A stretch of DNA of 35,731 nt, taken from NCBI GenBank assembly GCA_007571275.1, contig RKRS01000050.1, forward strand, positions 1 to 35,731, in the 5' to 3' direction. A program made the position numbers and the translations under genes. Under the pieces are notes generated by a model. It searched no databases. It had not been told where the DNA came from and saw nothing but the letters and a program-made list of their open reading frames with translations. Below are positions 9,307 to 18,496 of this stretch, piece after piece; the stretch's first letter is position 1; every line of letters starts with the position of its first letter. The stretch is from Dehalococcoidia bacterium. Lineage in GTDB: Bacteria; Chloroflexota; Dehalococcoidia; Bin125.

Positions 9307-9618
9307 TCAGATCAGATTGCGGTAAATGTTGATTTCGGCGGAATCGAAGACCATTGCCTCGCGGACGGCGCGGCGCAGCTGGGCGAAGCGCTGATCCTGC
9401 GCGGCCAGCTCCTCGTACTGCTCGAGTTCCTTGAGGTCTTCGAACTCAGCGATGATCTCCACGTTGGAGGTTGGACCAGTGATGGCGTCCCAGACCGAGA
9501 ATCTCGCTTCGATTCCGCGCGCGGACTGATAGTCGAGCGCCTCTTCGACCGCGCGGAGAAACTCGCTGTGCTTGCCCGGCGCGACTCGGCCGGTCAGCAC
9601 CCGTCGAAACATCGGCAT
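9307..9618 (-). CDS. Small dimeric alpha+beta barrel (NIPSNAP/ABM-like) protein
   Basis: About 100 aa with VAPGKHSEF and AEFEDLKELEQY, the pattern typical of this fold. Confidence 0.7.
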   Translation of the reverse strand: MPMFRRVLTGRVAPGKHSEFLRAVEEALDYQSARGIEARFSVWDAITGPTSNVEIIAEFEDLKELEQYEELAAQDQRFAQLRRAVREAMVFDSAEINIYRNLI

Positions 9619-9630
9619 CGGATCGTCCCT

Positions 9631-10281
9631 TCAGCTATTCGTTCGCGTTCGGACCAGTTCACTCGTGGACGCGCTGCTCAGGAGTCGGTCAACGCGGGCG
9701 AGGTCGTCTGGTCGGTTGACATTGGTGAATGACCGCAACTCGGGATCGTGCGTGCGCAGTGCGTCGATTTCCAGCAACCGATGCTCGACCAGTGGTAAGA
9801 GCGCTCGGATGCGGCCGTCGCCTTCATCCAGCAACTGTGTCATATGCGGCAGGACCGAAGAGCGATAGGCGGCGAACAGCGGTTGCGCGACGCCATCAAT
9901 GCGCGGCATCGCGATCTCGACATCCGCACAGGCGTCCGCAACCGCGCGTAGCAGCTTCGGCTGGATGAAGGGCATGTCACAGGCGACTGCGACGGCGATG
10001 TCGTGTTCGATCAGCGGCAGCGCTGCTTCAAGCCCAGCCAGTGGGCCGCGGTCGTGTCGATGATCGATCGCCTCTCGCCAGCTGACGCCTGCGAGCGGAG
10101 GGAATTGCTGGTCGGGGCGGCGGGCGACCACGATGTCATCGCTCACTGAGTGAGCGGCGAGCGCGCTCCAGTGCAGCAGCGGACGTCCGCCGGCCTGGGT
10201 GGTCGCTTTGTCGCGGCCCAGCCGACGACCGAATCCGCCCGCCAGGATGACGACAGAGAACGCGTAGGTCGTGGGTTCCAT
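9631..10281 (-). CDS. mobA: Molybdenum cofactor guanylyltransferase
   Basis: ILAGGFGRRLGRDKA, GPLAGLEAAL, VACDMPF, QPLFAAY, SFTNVNRPDDL. Confidence 0.92.
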   Translation of the reverse strand: MEPTTYAFSVVILAGGFGRRLGRDKATTQAGGRPLLHWSALAAHSVSDDIVVARRPDQQFPPLAGVSWREAIDHRHDRGPLAGLEAALPLIEHDIAVAVACDMPFIQPKLLRAVADACADVEIAMPRIDGVAQPLFAAYRSSVLPHMTQLLDEGDGRIRALLPLVEHRLLEIDALRTHDPELRSFTNVNRPDDLARVDRLLSSASTSELVRTRTNS

Positions 10282-10303
10282 GGCTTGAGTTTAGGCTGAA
10301 GAT
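10282..10303. promoter_or_regulatory. Symmetric bidirectional promoter for probably leaderless mobA and yqeC mRNAs
   Basis: TAGGCT (+, 10292-10297) and TAAACT (-, 10293-10288) share one TA step; each is exactly 6 nt from its ATG; no SD. Confidence 0.7.
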
Positions 10304-11059
10304 ATGAGTACCGAACTGCCGTTGCCGTTGCATGAGGCGTTGGGCATCGTGCGGCCGAGTGTGTTCGCCACGGTCGGCGGCGGCGGGAAAACGACGGTGC
10401 TGTTCGCGCTCGCCGCCGAGTGGGCAGCAGCGGGTGGCGCCGGTCTCACAGTGTTGACCACGACAGCCAGGATGACCATCCCTCGTGAGGGTCGGACACT
10501 GCCACTCGCCATCGGTCGCGACGATGCGTTCCGCGCCGGCGCGCTGGACGACATTCGTCTGCGCGGTCTCTCCACTGCGGTGGTCGGATCAGGCAGAGGC
10601 GACCGCGAGCGTGTCCTGGCCGTCAGTCCCGGTTGGCCGCGTCAGGCAGTCAACGCCGGGCTTGCCAGCCTGGTTGGGGTTGAGGCCGATGGCTCCAGAG
10701 GTCGTCCCTTCAAGGCGCCCGCCGTCCACGAACCGGTGCTGCCAGAGGGAGTCGATGTTGTGGCGGCGGTCATCGGCGCGGGGGTATTTGGTCGCCCGTT
10801 GGACGAACGATCGGTGCACCGACCTGAGCTGGTCGCGCAGATCGCAGGAGCTGAAATCGGCGATCGCATCACCCCCGAGCTGGCGGCCAACGTCCTGATG
10901 TCTCCAGACGGCGGCCGAAAGGCGGTCCCGGAGTCAGCAGCGTTCGTGGTGCTGGTCTCAAACGTGTCCCGGAATCTGGATGCATCGAGAGCGTTAGCGT
11001 CGCAGATCGAGGGACGGGTCGTCCTCTGGGACGCAGGCTCGGGGCTGTTGGCAGTCTGA
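10304..11059 (+). CDS. yqeC: Selenium-dependent molybdenum hydroxylase accessory protein YqeC
   Basis: VGGGGKTT, LTTTARM, VEADGSRGRPFKAPAVHEPVLP, VHRPE; adjacent to mobA. Confidence 0.88.
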   Translation: MSTELPLPLHEALGIVRPSVFATVGGGGKTTVLFALAAEWAAAGGAGLTVLTTTARMTIPREGRTLPLAIGRDDAFRAGALDDIRLRGLSTAVVGSGRGDRERVLAVSPGWPRQAVNAGLASLVGVEADGSRGRPFKAPAVHEPVLPEGVDVVAAVIGAGVFGRPLDERSVHRPELVAQIAGAEIGDRITPELAANVLMSPDGGRKAVPESAAFVVLVSNVSRNLDASRALASQIEGRVVLWDAGSGLLAV

Positions 11060-11110
11060 AATCCCGCTGGCGCTCTCAGCCGCCCTCAGCTGCCAAGCCG
11101 ATGTTGTGAA

Positions 11111-11157
11111 TGTCATCGCGCGTACTGACAGTCCGCGTAGCGATTTTTCAGACTGCC
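11111..11157 (+). promoter_or_regulatory. Conserved promoter/operator element copy 1 (TGTCA-N10-TGACA)
   Basis: Hand alignment gives 35/47 identity to the reverse complement of 20147-20192; lies upstream of the LLM operon. Confidence 0.7.
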
Positions 11158-11318
11158 GCTACACGAGTGGACCGAGCGTGCCGAAGTTACTGACTACCCG
11201 GTCTGCCCTCTCCTGATTGCTCACCGATCAGGCGAAGGGAGTCGCTCTCAGCCACGCGAACCGTCCGCCGCGACGGCGGACCAGATCCTCGCCGACGGCG
11301 GCGAACGAAAGGAACACC

Positions 11319-12704
11319 ATGCTTGAGCTCGCGATCTTTCACAACGGAGCGGTCGACCTCGGCAGCGATGTCGTTAATGGCACTCGAGTCAATTCGGGGA
11401 CACTTGAGGAAACCAGCGAAAGTTTCCAGCGGATCCTGATCAATCAGATCCGACAGGGCGTGCTGGCCGAGGAGCTTGGCTTCAACTATTGGTTCATGAC
11501 CGAACACCACATGCAACCCGAAGGGGTGGAGTTCAGTCCCAACCCGATCGTCGCCGAGACAGCCATCGCCGCGCGGACGAGCCGCATTCGGCTCGGACAG
11601 ATGGCCAACATCCTGCCCTGGCACCACCCGGTGCGCTTGGCCGAGCAAGGCGCCATGCTCGATGTGATCAGCGGCGGCCGACTCGAATTCGGCGTCGGAC
11701 GCGGCTACCAGTCCCGTGAAACTGAAGTGCTGGGCGGCGCGATGGGCGCGACGATCCAGGATCAGGAACGCAACCGCTCGTTCTTCGAGGAGTGTTTCGA
11801 GATCATCACCAAGGCCTGGACCCAGCACTCGTTCAGCCATCACGGTGAGTTCTTCAACCTCCCGCCGAGCTACACCAAGTGGGGCAACCCCTCCACGATC
11901 GCCTACTTCAGCCAAGAGCACGTCGATCGCGATCTGGACAGCGTGCTCGATATTGGCGCGCCGGACATGTACGCCTCCGGCCCGCCCGTCTATGCAACCG
12001 GCACGACGCTGAAGGAGATCAGCGTCTACCCGCACCCGATCCAGAAGCCGCGGCCGCCGATGTGGATGCCCGTCACCAGCCCGCGCTCGATCGAGTGGGC
12101 AGCCTCGCACGGGGTCAACTGCTACACGATTCCCGAGCCCAACTCCCGACTCAAGGCCAACGTCGAGCGGTACTACGAGACCCTGGAACGGACCAAGTGG
12201 CCGGACCGCCTCGATCGGGAAGGGCCCTGGAAGTTTGGCTACGACGCCGACGTCAAGCGCGGATTCACCCCGGCCCGATACGTGCACATCCTCAAGCCGG
12301 GCGATGAAGCGAACGACCTCGAGCGCTACAAGCTGGGCATGGAAGCGGCTTGGCCGTACCTCGGCGCATTCGGCTTTGGCGGCGTGATCACCGACATCGA
12401 CGAGCCGCCGCCGCCGCCCGACCGACCGGTGACTGCCGATCTCTGCATCGACAAGGGTCTCGCCTTCGTTGGTACGGCCGACCAAATCGTCGAGCAGATC
12501 ATGGAGATCAAGGAAACGGTCGGCTACGAGGACTTCATGTTTACGGCCTGGTTCGAAATGGGCGGCTACCTCGGCGAAGAGGTTGAGGAGCAGATGCACA
12601 TGTTTGCCGACCAGTGCATGCCGGCACTCGCCGACGCCTGTGGCGGGCTCGTCATCAACCCCGACGTCGGACCGGCCCTGACCGGACCGACGAACGGCGT
12701 CTGA
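11319..12704 (+). CDS. Luciferase-like (LLM class) flavin-dependent oxidoreductase, 461 aa
   Basis: AEELGFNYWFMTEHH, LPWHHPVRLAEQGAMLDVISGGRLEFGVGRG, PHPIQKPRPPMW; AAAGGA SD before ATG 11319. Confidence 0.93.
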   Translation: MLELAIFHNGAVDLGSDVVNGTRVNSGTLEETSESFQRILINQIRQGVLAEELGFNYWFMTEHHMQPEGVEFSPNPIVAETAIAARTSRIRLGQMANILPWHHPVRLAEQGAMLDVISGGRLEFGVGRGYQSRETEVLGGAMGATIQDQERNRSFFEECFEIITKAWTQHSFSHHGEFFNLPPSYTKWGNPSTIAYFSQEHVDRDLDSVLDIGAPDMYASGPPVYATGTTLKEISVYPHPIQKPRPPMWMPVTSPRSIEWAASHGVNCYTIPEPNSRLKANVERYYETLERTKWPDRLDREGPWKFGYDADVKRGFTPARYVHILKPGDEANDLERYKLGMEAAWPYLGAFGFGGVITDIDEPPPPPDRPVTADLCIDKGLAFVGTADQIVEQIMEIKETVGYEDFMFTAWFEMGGYLGEEVEEQMHMFADQCMPALADACGGLVINPDVGPALTGPTNGV

Positions 12705-12767
12705 CGCGGTCGGTTGGTCTCGTTGTTGGTTGCGCCAAGTTGGGACACCGTTGAAGGAGTTCACCTC

Positions 12768-13604
12768 ATGAGCATCACCCTGCAGGGACTCAAGCTCGGC
12801 CATATGGGCATGGATTACGGATTGCTCGGTTATCCGAACCCGAATGACATGCTCCTGCCGAGCCGTCGCGAAGCGCCGCGGACCTGGTACCGCTGCCCGT
12901 CGTTGGCGTACATCATCAATCACCCAGCCGGACGGATCCTGTTCGATACCGGTATCTCGACGAAGTTTGCGGAAGAGTGGCTGCCCGAATGGCAAGGCAC
13001 GCTTGATCTGACCGAACTCACGGCCGACGACCTGCTCGAGAACGCGCTCAAACGGGTCGGCCTGGGGCCGGATGACTTCAGCCATGTCATCCTCAGTCAC
13101 TGTCACGCCGACCACGCCGGCGGGCTGCGGATATTCGAGGAAGCTGGAGCGCAAATCATCCTGCATGAGGATGAACATCGCTACGCGACCAGCATCTGGT
13201 CAGCCGCGAATTTCTTCATCCGTCAGGACTGGCACTTCCTCTCGCGGCGCAACCCGATCTTGATGTATGGCGATCAGGAGATCATGGAGGATCTGTGGAC
13301 GATCAGTCTGCCTGGTCACACGCCTGGCTCGATGGGAGTGCTGGTGCGTCTGGAGACCACCGGCTGGGCGCTGCTCGCCGGCGACGCCGTCAGTACCCAC
13401 GAGGCGTTCGGGCCGCCAGGCTTGCCGAACTTCGTCAACATCAGCAACGAGGCGTTCATCCAGTCGTGCGCGAAGGTCGAAGCCATCGCCTCGGAGCGCG
13501 ACGCATTCATCTTCCCCGGCCACGACGAGTCGGGTTTGCAGTACTCACAAGGCGACCTGGCGATCAAACCGATCGAATTTCTCCCAGGTCATACATATGA
13601 GTAA
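12768..13604 (+). CDS. Metallo-beta-lactamase-fold hydrolase, N-acyl-homoserine lactonase (AiiA/AttM-like) family
   Basis: ILFDTG, SHCHADHAGG, PGHTPGS, LAGDA, FPGHD; GAAGGAG SD before ATG 12768. Confidence 0.88.
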   Translation: MSITLQGLKLGHMGMDYGLLGYPNPNDMLLPSRREAPRTWYRCPSLAYIINHPAGRILFDTGISTKFAEEWLPEWQGTLDLTELTADDLLENALKRVGLGPDDFSHVILSHCHADHAGGLRIFEEAGAQIILHEDEHRYATSIWSAANFFIRQDWHFLSRRNPILMYGDQEIMEDLWTISLPGHTPGSMGVLVRLETTGWALLAGDAVSTHEAFGPPGLPNFVNISNEAFIQSCAKVEAIASERDAFIFPGHDESGLQYSQGDLAIKPIEFLPGHTYE

Positions 13605-13654
13605 GGTGCGCTGACCGAAACCATCGGTGCAGCGCAGCAGCAGGAGGCACCGAT

Positions 13655-15110
13655 ATGACCGACCACATGGCAGACAGTCGCCTGACACGTTGGCGCTGGA
13701 TGAGATTGGTCGGTGCCGCACTCGCTGCACTGGTGCTCGGCTTCGTTGTCGCCGCGTGCGGCGACGACGACGCCGAGCAACAAACCGCCGCCCAACCCCA
13801 ACCGCAGGCGCAGCAACAGGCGCAACCCCAACCTCAACCACAGCAACAGGCGCAGCCGCAACAGGCAGCAGCCGCAACAGGCAGCAGCCGAGACAGGCAT
13901 TGTGCGGATCGGTTCGGTCCAGCCGCTCTCCGGTGGCGGGCTCGCCTTCTACGGCAAGTCGGAGGAGGTCGGCCTGATGCTCGCCGTCCAGCAGATCAAC
14001 GAGTCTGGCGGCTTTGTCGTCGGTGATACGACGTACACGATCGAGGTCGTCGCGCGCGACACGCGTTCCGATGACGCGGTCGGCATCGCCGCGGTGCAAG
14101 AGTTGATCCGCGACGAGGGCATCAAGATCATCTTCGGCCCGATCCCGCACGGTGTTGGTCTGGCGGCCTCCGAGCTCACACAACCGGAGCAGGTGCTGCA
14201 CCTGATGTCGCTGAGCATTCTCACCTCGGAAGGCGGCGTGCTGAATCCGGAGACCTCCCAGACCAGCCACAAGTGGCTCTTCCAGATCGAGCCGTCGGAG
14301 CTGACCCGCAGCACGATCACCGCAGCGGGCGTGCTCGAACTGCTCGGCGCACAGCCCGGTGACACCTCGGTGATCATCGCCACCGACGACCCCTCAGGAC
14401 AGTTCCTGGGCAGGTTCTACAACGGCGTCCTGACCGCGCTCGGACAGAAAACCCACCCGGTCGTCTTCTATCCGCCCGGCACCACTGACTTCACTCCGTT
14501 CCTGACTCGGCTGAAGGGTCTGAACCCAGATTGGGTACACAACTGGTACATCGCCGCCGACTCGGTCTTGATCGCCGAGCAGGCGCTCGAGCTTGAAGTC
14601 GCCCGCGGCTACATGGTCTTCGGCGTCGACCCGGGCTGGTGGCAAGAGAACTTCCCCGACGGTATCGAGAACGAGTCGCCGATCGTGCTGGCCTGCATCA
14701 ACCTCTGTCGAGCGATCAACAGCAGTGAACGGTCGCGCGAACACTACCGAGCCGTCAACGAGTTCGAGTGTGGCGACCCCGACGGCTGTTCACCGGCGCC
14801 GCTGACCGACATCACCCTCTGGCAGTACGACTACGTCTACATGCTAGTTGCGGCGATGCAGAAGGCCGGCACGGTTGACGACACCACGGCGATCGCCGAA
14901 GCGCTGGAGGGAATCACCATCGACGGAGTGCTCAGTTCCACGCTGACGATGGACCCCGAGTGGCACCGCGTCGCGCACGGGTACGACACCTGCCGCGTCC
15001 AGCTCGGGGAGATCGCCTGCACCAACTTCTCGCTTGAGGAGTACGGACCCGAGGCCCTTGGCGTCACCGAGGAGTTCGTGTTGGCCAATCAGGAGGGGAG
15101 CGAGCAGTAG
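13655..15110 (+). pseudogene. Liv-type ABC substrate-binding lipoprotein (SBP1), frameshifted by a 16-bp duplication
   Basis: AGGAGG SD, signal peptide and VAAC lipobox lie in one frame; the binding domain (IVRIGSVQPLSG, INESGG, TTDFTPFLTRLK) is in the +1 frame. Removing one 16-mer gives an intact 479-aa ORF. Confidence 0.85.
13853..13899 (+). repeat. Tandem 16-bp repeat CAGCCGCAACAGGCAG x2 plus a degenerate third copy, ending a Gln/Pro/Ala-coding low-complexity tract
   Basis: Exact copies at 13853-13868 and 13869-13884, followed by CAGCCGAGACAGGCA. Confidence 0.95.
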
Positions 15111-15120
15111 GCCACTCCAG

Positions 15121-15196
15121 GCTGTTCCGTTGCTCGTCGGCACGGGACAGCGGGCGACCTGAGCCCTCGCACGCCGTTCGGCGCCGCGAGGGCTCA
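15121..15196 (+). other. Two intercistronic stem-loops after SBP1
   Basis: GCTGTTCCGT/ACGGGACAGC (15121-15151) and perfect 11-bp TGAGCCCTCGC/GCGAGGGCTCA (15160-15196). Confidence 0.7.
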
Positions 15197-15270
15197 TTCT
15201 GGCAGGCCACCGATGGTGGTTGCTGCGAAACCGCCGACGGCTTTGGAGAGTTGGGAAGGTTGAGACGGCG

Positions 15271-16149
15271 ATGGAGATCTTCCTCCAGCAGGTAATCAAT
15301 GGACTCTCCATCGGCGCCGTCATCGCCTTGATGGCGCTCGGCGTCACCCTCATCTTCGGCCTGACCGGACTGGTGATGTTCGCACACGGCGAACTGCTGG
15401 TGATCGGCGGGTTCCTCGCCTGGTTCGTCACCATTCAGCTCAGCAGTAGTTTCTGGCTGGGCATGGTGTTCGCCATCGTCGCCGTCGGATTGATCGGTCT
15501 GGCCCTGGAGCGCGGCGTCTTCCGCTTCACCTTTGATTCGCCGATTAACGGGTTCATCGTCTCCTTGGGTCTGATCATCGTCTTACAACATCTGTTGGTC
15601 GAACTGTCTCCGGCTGGCGCCAGCATCGTCGACATACCGGCGCCAATCGGGAAGGTCTTCGACCTCGGCGGCGCGCGGATACCAGGCACACGGGTGCTGG
15701 TCGTCGGCGCGACGCTGGCGGTCGTCGCCGTCATGCTCTGGGTGATCTACCGCAGCAGCCACGGACGCGCGCTGCGCGCCAGCGCCATCGACCGCGACAC
15801 GGCGGCGCTGATGGGTATCCCGGTGCGCCGCTACATCATGGTCGTGTTCCTGGTTGGCTCGCTGCTCGCCGGCCTCGGCGGCGCCTTGATGATTGGGCTC
15901 TTCCCGATCGACCCGTTCATCGGAGGACGGTTCGTGATTAAGGCATTCGCCGTCGCCTTGGCCGGCGGTCTCGGCAATCCACTCGGGGCGATCCTTGCGG
16001 CGTTCGGACTCGGACTCGCCGAAGCCATGGGTACCCAGTACTTCCAACCTGAGTGGTCCGAGTCCTACGCCTTCATCGTCATGATCATCATCCTGCTGGT
16101 GCGGCCGCGAGGCTTGCTGACCGGCCTCCAGGGGCCGGCGGCGCGTTAG
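15271..16149 (+). CDS. livH: Liv-type ABC permease, LivH family (copy 1)
   Basis: QQVINGLSIG, LGVTLIFG...FAHGE, GRALRA..DRDTAALMGI, LLVRPRGL. Confidence 0.9.
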   Translation: MEIFLQQVINGLSIGAVIALMALGVTLIFGLTGLVMFAHGELLVIGGFLAWFVTIQLSSSFWLGMVFAIVAVGLIGLALERGVFRFTFDSPINGFIVSLGLIIVLQHLLVELSPAGASIVDIPAPIGKVFDLGGARIPGTRVLVVGATLAVVAVMLWVIYRSSHGRALRASAIDRDTAALMGIPVRRYIMVVFLVGSLLAGLGGALMIGLFPIDPFIGGRFVIKAFAVALAGGLGNPLGAILAAFGLGLAEAMGTQYFQPEWSESYAFIVMIIILLVRPRGLLTGLQGPAAR

Positions 16150-16175
16150 CGGCCGCCGCGAGATTGCGCGTGCAG

Positions 16176-17246
16176 ATGCGAATGACGACCAGTGCCAGGA
16201 ATCAGATCGCCGAGGCGATCAGCAACCCGCGGCGGATGGCCACGGTCGAGCGGGTCGTCGTCATCGTCGCTGTCGGCATCTTCATTCTGCTCATTCCTGA
16301 GTTCACCACTTCGCGCCATCTTTTCCTGGCGACGGTCACCGGTACCACGGCCATCGCCGTCTACGGACTGGCGGTGATCTTCGGGCAGGCGGGCATTCTC
16401 TCCCTGGCGCATGCCGGCCTGTGGGCGATCGGCGCGTACACGGGAGCGATCTTCTTCCGCGAGTTCGGCTGGTCCTATTGGGCGGTGCTCCCGCTGGGCA
16501 TCATCTTCTCCTCGATTGCGGCCGCGATGCTGGCCTATCCGGCGCTGCGCATTCGCGGGCACTTCTTCCTGATCGCGACGTTTGGCTTTGGCGAGCTGGT
16601 GCGGATCGTGCTCGAAAATGGCGGAGGGTTTGAGAGCGGGCGTCGGCTGGGCCTGATCGTCCAAGGCGGCATGCCCGATTTCTTCGGCATCGGGCTGCAG
16701 TCGGCGAACTCGATCTACTACGTCACCGTGGCCTATCTAGCCATCGCGATTGTCACTGTCTACCTGATTCGCCGCTCAGGGTTCGGGGCGACCATGCGCG
16801 CGGTGCGCGAGAACGAGGACCTGTCCGAATCGATCGGCATCCACATTGCGCGCACGAAGATCCTGGCCTTCACCATGAGCGGCGCGTTCACCGGAGCCGC
16901 CGGTGTGCACTACGCCTTCCTGCTCAAGCACATCGAACCGAGCTTGTTCGGCGCCCAGGACGGAATCGAACTTGCCCTGATGGTGCTGCTCGGCGGCGCG
17001 GTTCCCTTGCTGGGGCCGTTGCTGGGCGCCTCGGTCGTGCTGTTTGTGCCCGAGCTGCCCTTCGCCGACAATCCCAACTTCGTGCAGATCGCCTACGGTC
17101 TGGCTCTGATCCTGCTGATTCTGCTCCTGCCGCGCGGGCTGGTCAGCGGGTTGAAGGCGCTCTACATCGAGGCGCGCGATCTGCTGATGCGTACGTTTAG
17201 ATCGGTTCGCGAGCCACCGCAGACGCCCACGTCCGAACACACCTGA
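16176..17246 (+). CDS. livM: Liv-type ABC permease, LivM family (copy 1; start approximate)
   Basis: GQAGILSLAHAG, PALRIRGHFFLIATFGFGE, AVRENEDL, LMVLLGG, LPRGL. Confidence 0.88.
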   Translation: MRMTTSARNQIAEAISNPRRMATVERVVVIVAVGIFILLIPEFTTSRHLFLATVTGTTAIAVYGLAVIFGQAGILSLAHAGLWAIGAYTGAIFFREFGWSYWAVLPLGIIFSSIAAAMLAYPALRIRGHFFLIATFGFGELVRIVLENGGGFESGRRLGLIVQGGMPDFFGIGLQSANSIYYVTVAYLAIAIVTVYLIRRSGFGATMRAVRENEDLSESIGIHIARTKILAFTMSGAFTGAAGVHYAFLLKHIEPSLFGAQDGIELALMVLLGGAVPLLGPLLGASVVLFVPELPFADNPNFVQIAYGLALILLILLLPRGLVSGLKALYIEARDLLMRTFRSVREPPQTPTSEHT

Positions 17247-17263
17247 CCTGACTGATTGGTGAG

Positions 17264-18496
17264 TCAGGAACCGCCAACCCGTTCGGCTGCCTGATCGGCC
17301 TCGGTGGCCTCTTCATCTGCCTCAAGCATTTCAGCCGGTTGCTCTGCCGACTCGTCGGATGCCTCGTCTGGTGGTTCTGGAGGATTGGCCGAGGCCGCAT
17401 CTCCATCTCCGGGTCTTGGCGGGCGCAGGTATGCGGCCAGATATCGCTTGGCGTAGCCGTAAAGGTCGGCGACGCCCTGCACTAGACCGTGAGGCAGCAG
17501 GATGATCACTGCAACCAGCATCGCGCCGAAGACGATCTGACGCTGGAACGGGGTCAACCCCAGTCCGATGACGTCCAGAACTTCCGGTAGGAAGCCAACG
17601 ATGATCGCGCCGACCAGCGGGCCCATCAACCGACGCGATCCGCCGAGCAGCACCATCAGCGCCAATTCCACGCCCTCGAATGAGTTGAAGAGGTCGGGTG
17701 CGATGTGTCGCAGCTTGTAGGCGTAGAGCGCTCCAGCCACGCCGGCGAACAAACCGCTGATTCCGAAGGCGAAAATTTTGTACCAGTTGGCGCGGATGCC
17801 AACCGAGCGTGCCAACGGCTCATTTTCACGGATCGCTCGGAATGTCTTGCCCAACGGCGACCTGACCAGGATCTGGGTCACCACGATGGTGATGAACAGA
17901 AACGCGATCACGAGATAGTAGAAGGGCTCGAGTTCGAGGTTGATGTCGAAGCTCTGGCCGAAGATGGCGCCCACCGGTTCGGTGATGTCAAGACCCTGCG
18001 CGCCGCCGGTCAGGCCCTTGCGAGCTTCGGCGCCGCCCAGGTTGCGGGTCGCCAGCACGAAGAGCTCGCAGGCGGCGAAGGTGACGATCACGAAGTGATA
18101 GCCGCTCACCCGCAGGGCGGGGTAGCCCAGCAACAGCGCCGCTGCCATGGCGAAGATCGCCGCCAGTGGCAGCACAGCCCAGAACCCGAATCCGGCCTGA
18201 ATAAACAGGATCGCCGCGGTGTAGGAGCCCACCCCCATCAGGGCCGAATGCGCGATCGAGAGGTAGTTGGTTTGCCCGTAGAGCAATCCCAACCCGTACA
18301 GGGCGATGGCAAAGATGCCGTAGGTGATCGCGGTGTCGATGAAGCGTGAGCTGTTGACGATGCTGGGGAACAGGATCATCACGACTACCAGCGCGGTCCA
18401 GAGCATGCTCTGCGCTGGTGTGAGTTCCCGTGTGAGCTGCCTGGCGAGGCGCCTGGTGACGGGACGACCGCGTGAATCCCAAAACTCAGCAATCAC
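17264..18496 (-). CDS. livM: Liv-type ABC permease, LivM family (copy 2; start approximate)
   Basis: GQTNYLSIAHSA, PALRVSGYHF, AIRENEPLARSVGI, LMVLLGG, LPHGL. Confidence 0.88.
   Translation of the reverse strand: MIAEFWDSRGRPVTRRLARQLTRELTPAQSMLWTALVVVMILFPSIVNSSRFIDTAITYGIFAIALYGLGLLYGQTNYLSIAHSALMGVGSYTAAILFIQAGFGFWAVLPLAAIFAMAAALLLGYPALRVSGYHFVIVTFAACELFVLATRNLGGAEARKGLTGGAQGLDITEPVGAIFGQSFDINLELEPFYYLVIAFLFITIVVTQILVRSPLGKTFRAIRENEPLARSVGIRANWYKIFAFGISGLFAGVAGALYAYKLRHIAPDLFNSFEGVELALMVLLGGSRRLMGPLVGAIIVGFLPEVLDVIGLGLTPFQRQIVFGAMLVAVIILLPHGLVQGVADLYGYAKRYLAAYLRPPRPGDGDAASANPPEPPDEASDESAEQPAEMLEADEEATEADQAAERVGGS

Noticed and set aside
10304-11059. Selenocysteine read-through in genes near yqeC
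   Set aside because: No in-frame TGA interrupts a recognisable domain; the TGA codons checked coincide with natural gene ends.
11105-11120. Canonical CRP-box-like TGTGA-N6-TCGCG upstream of the LLM gene
   Set aside because: The TGTGA half is not kept in the second copy of the element, and the local Crp helix lacks the residues that read TGTGA. Kept only as a weak alternative.
11187-13178. 663-aa minus-strand ORF and other long antisense ORFs (808-1842, 22944-24581, 29879-30994, 6196-7128, 5402-6199)
   Set aside because: They overlap well-supported genes and show no motifs; such shadow ORFs are expected in high-GC DNA.
13790-13900. Repeated CAGCAACAGGCGCA units as a possible CRISPR array
   Set aside because: Short coding Gln/Pro/Ala linker with no unique spacers and no cas genes.
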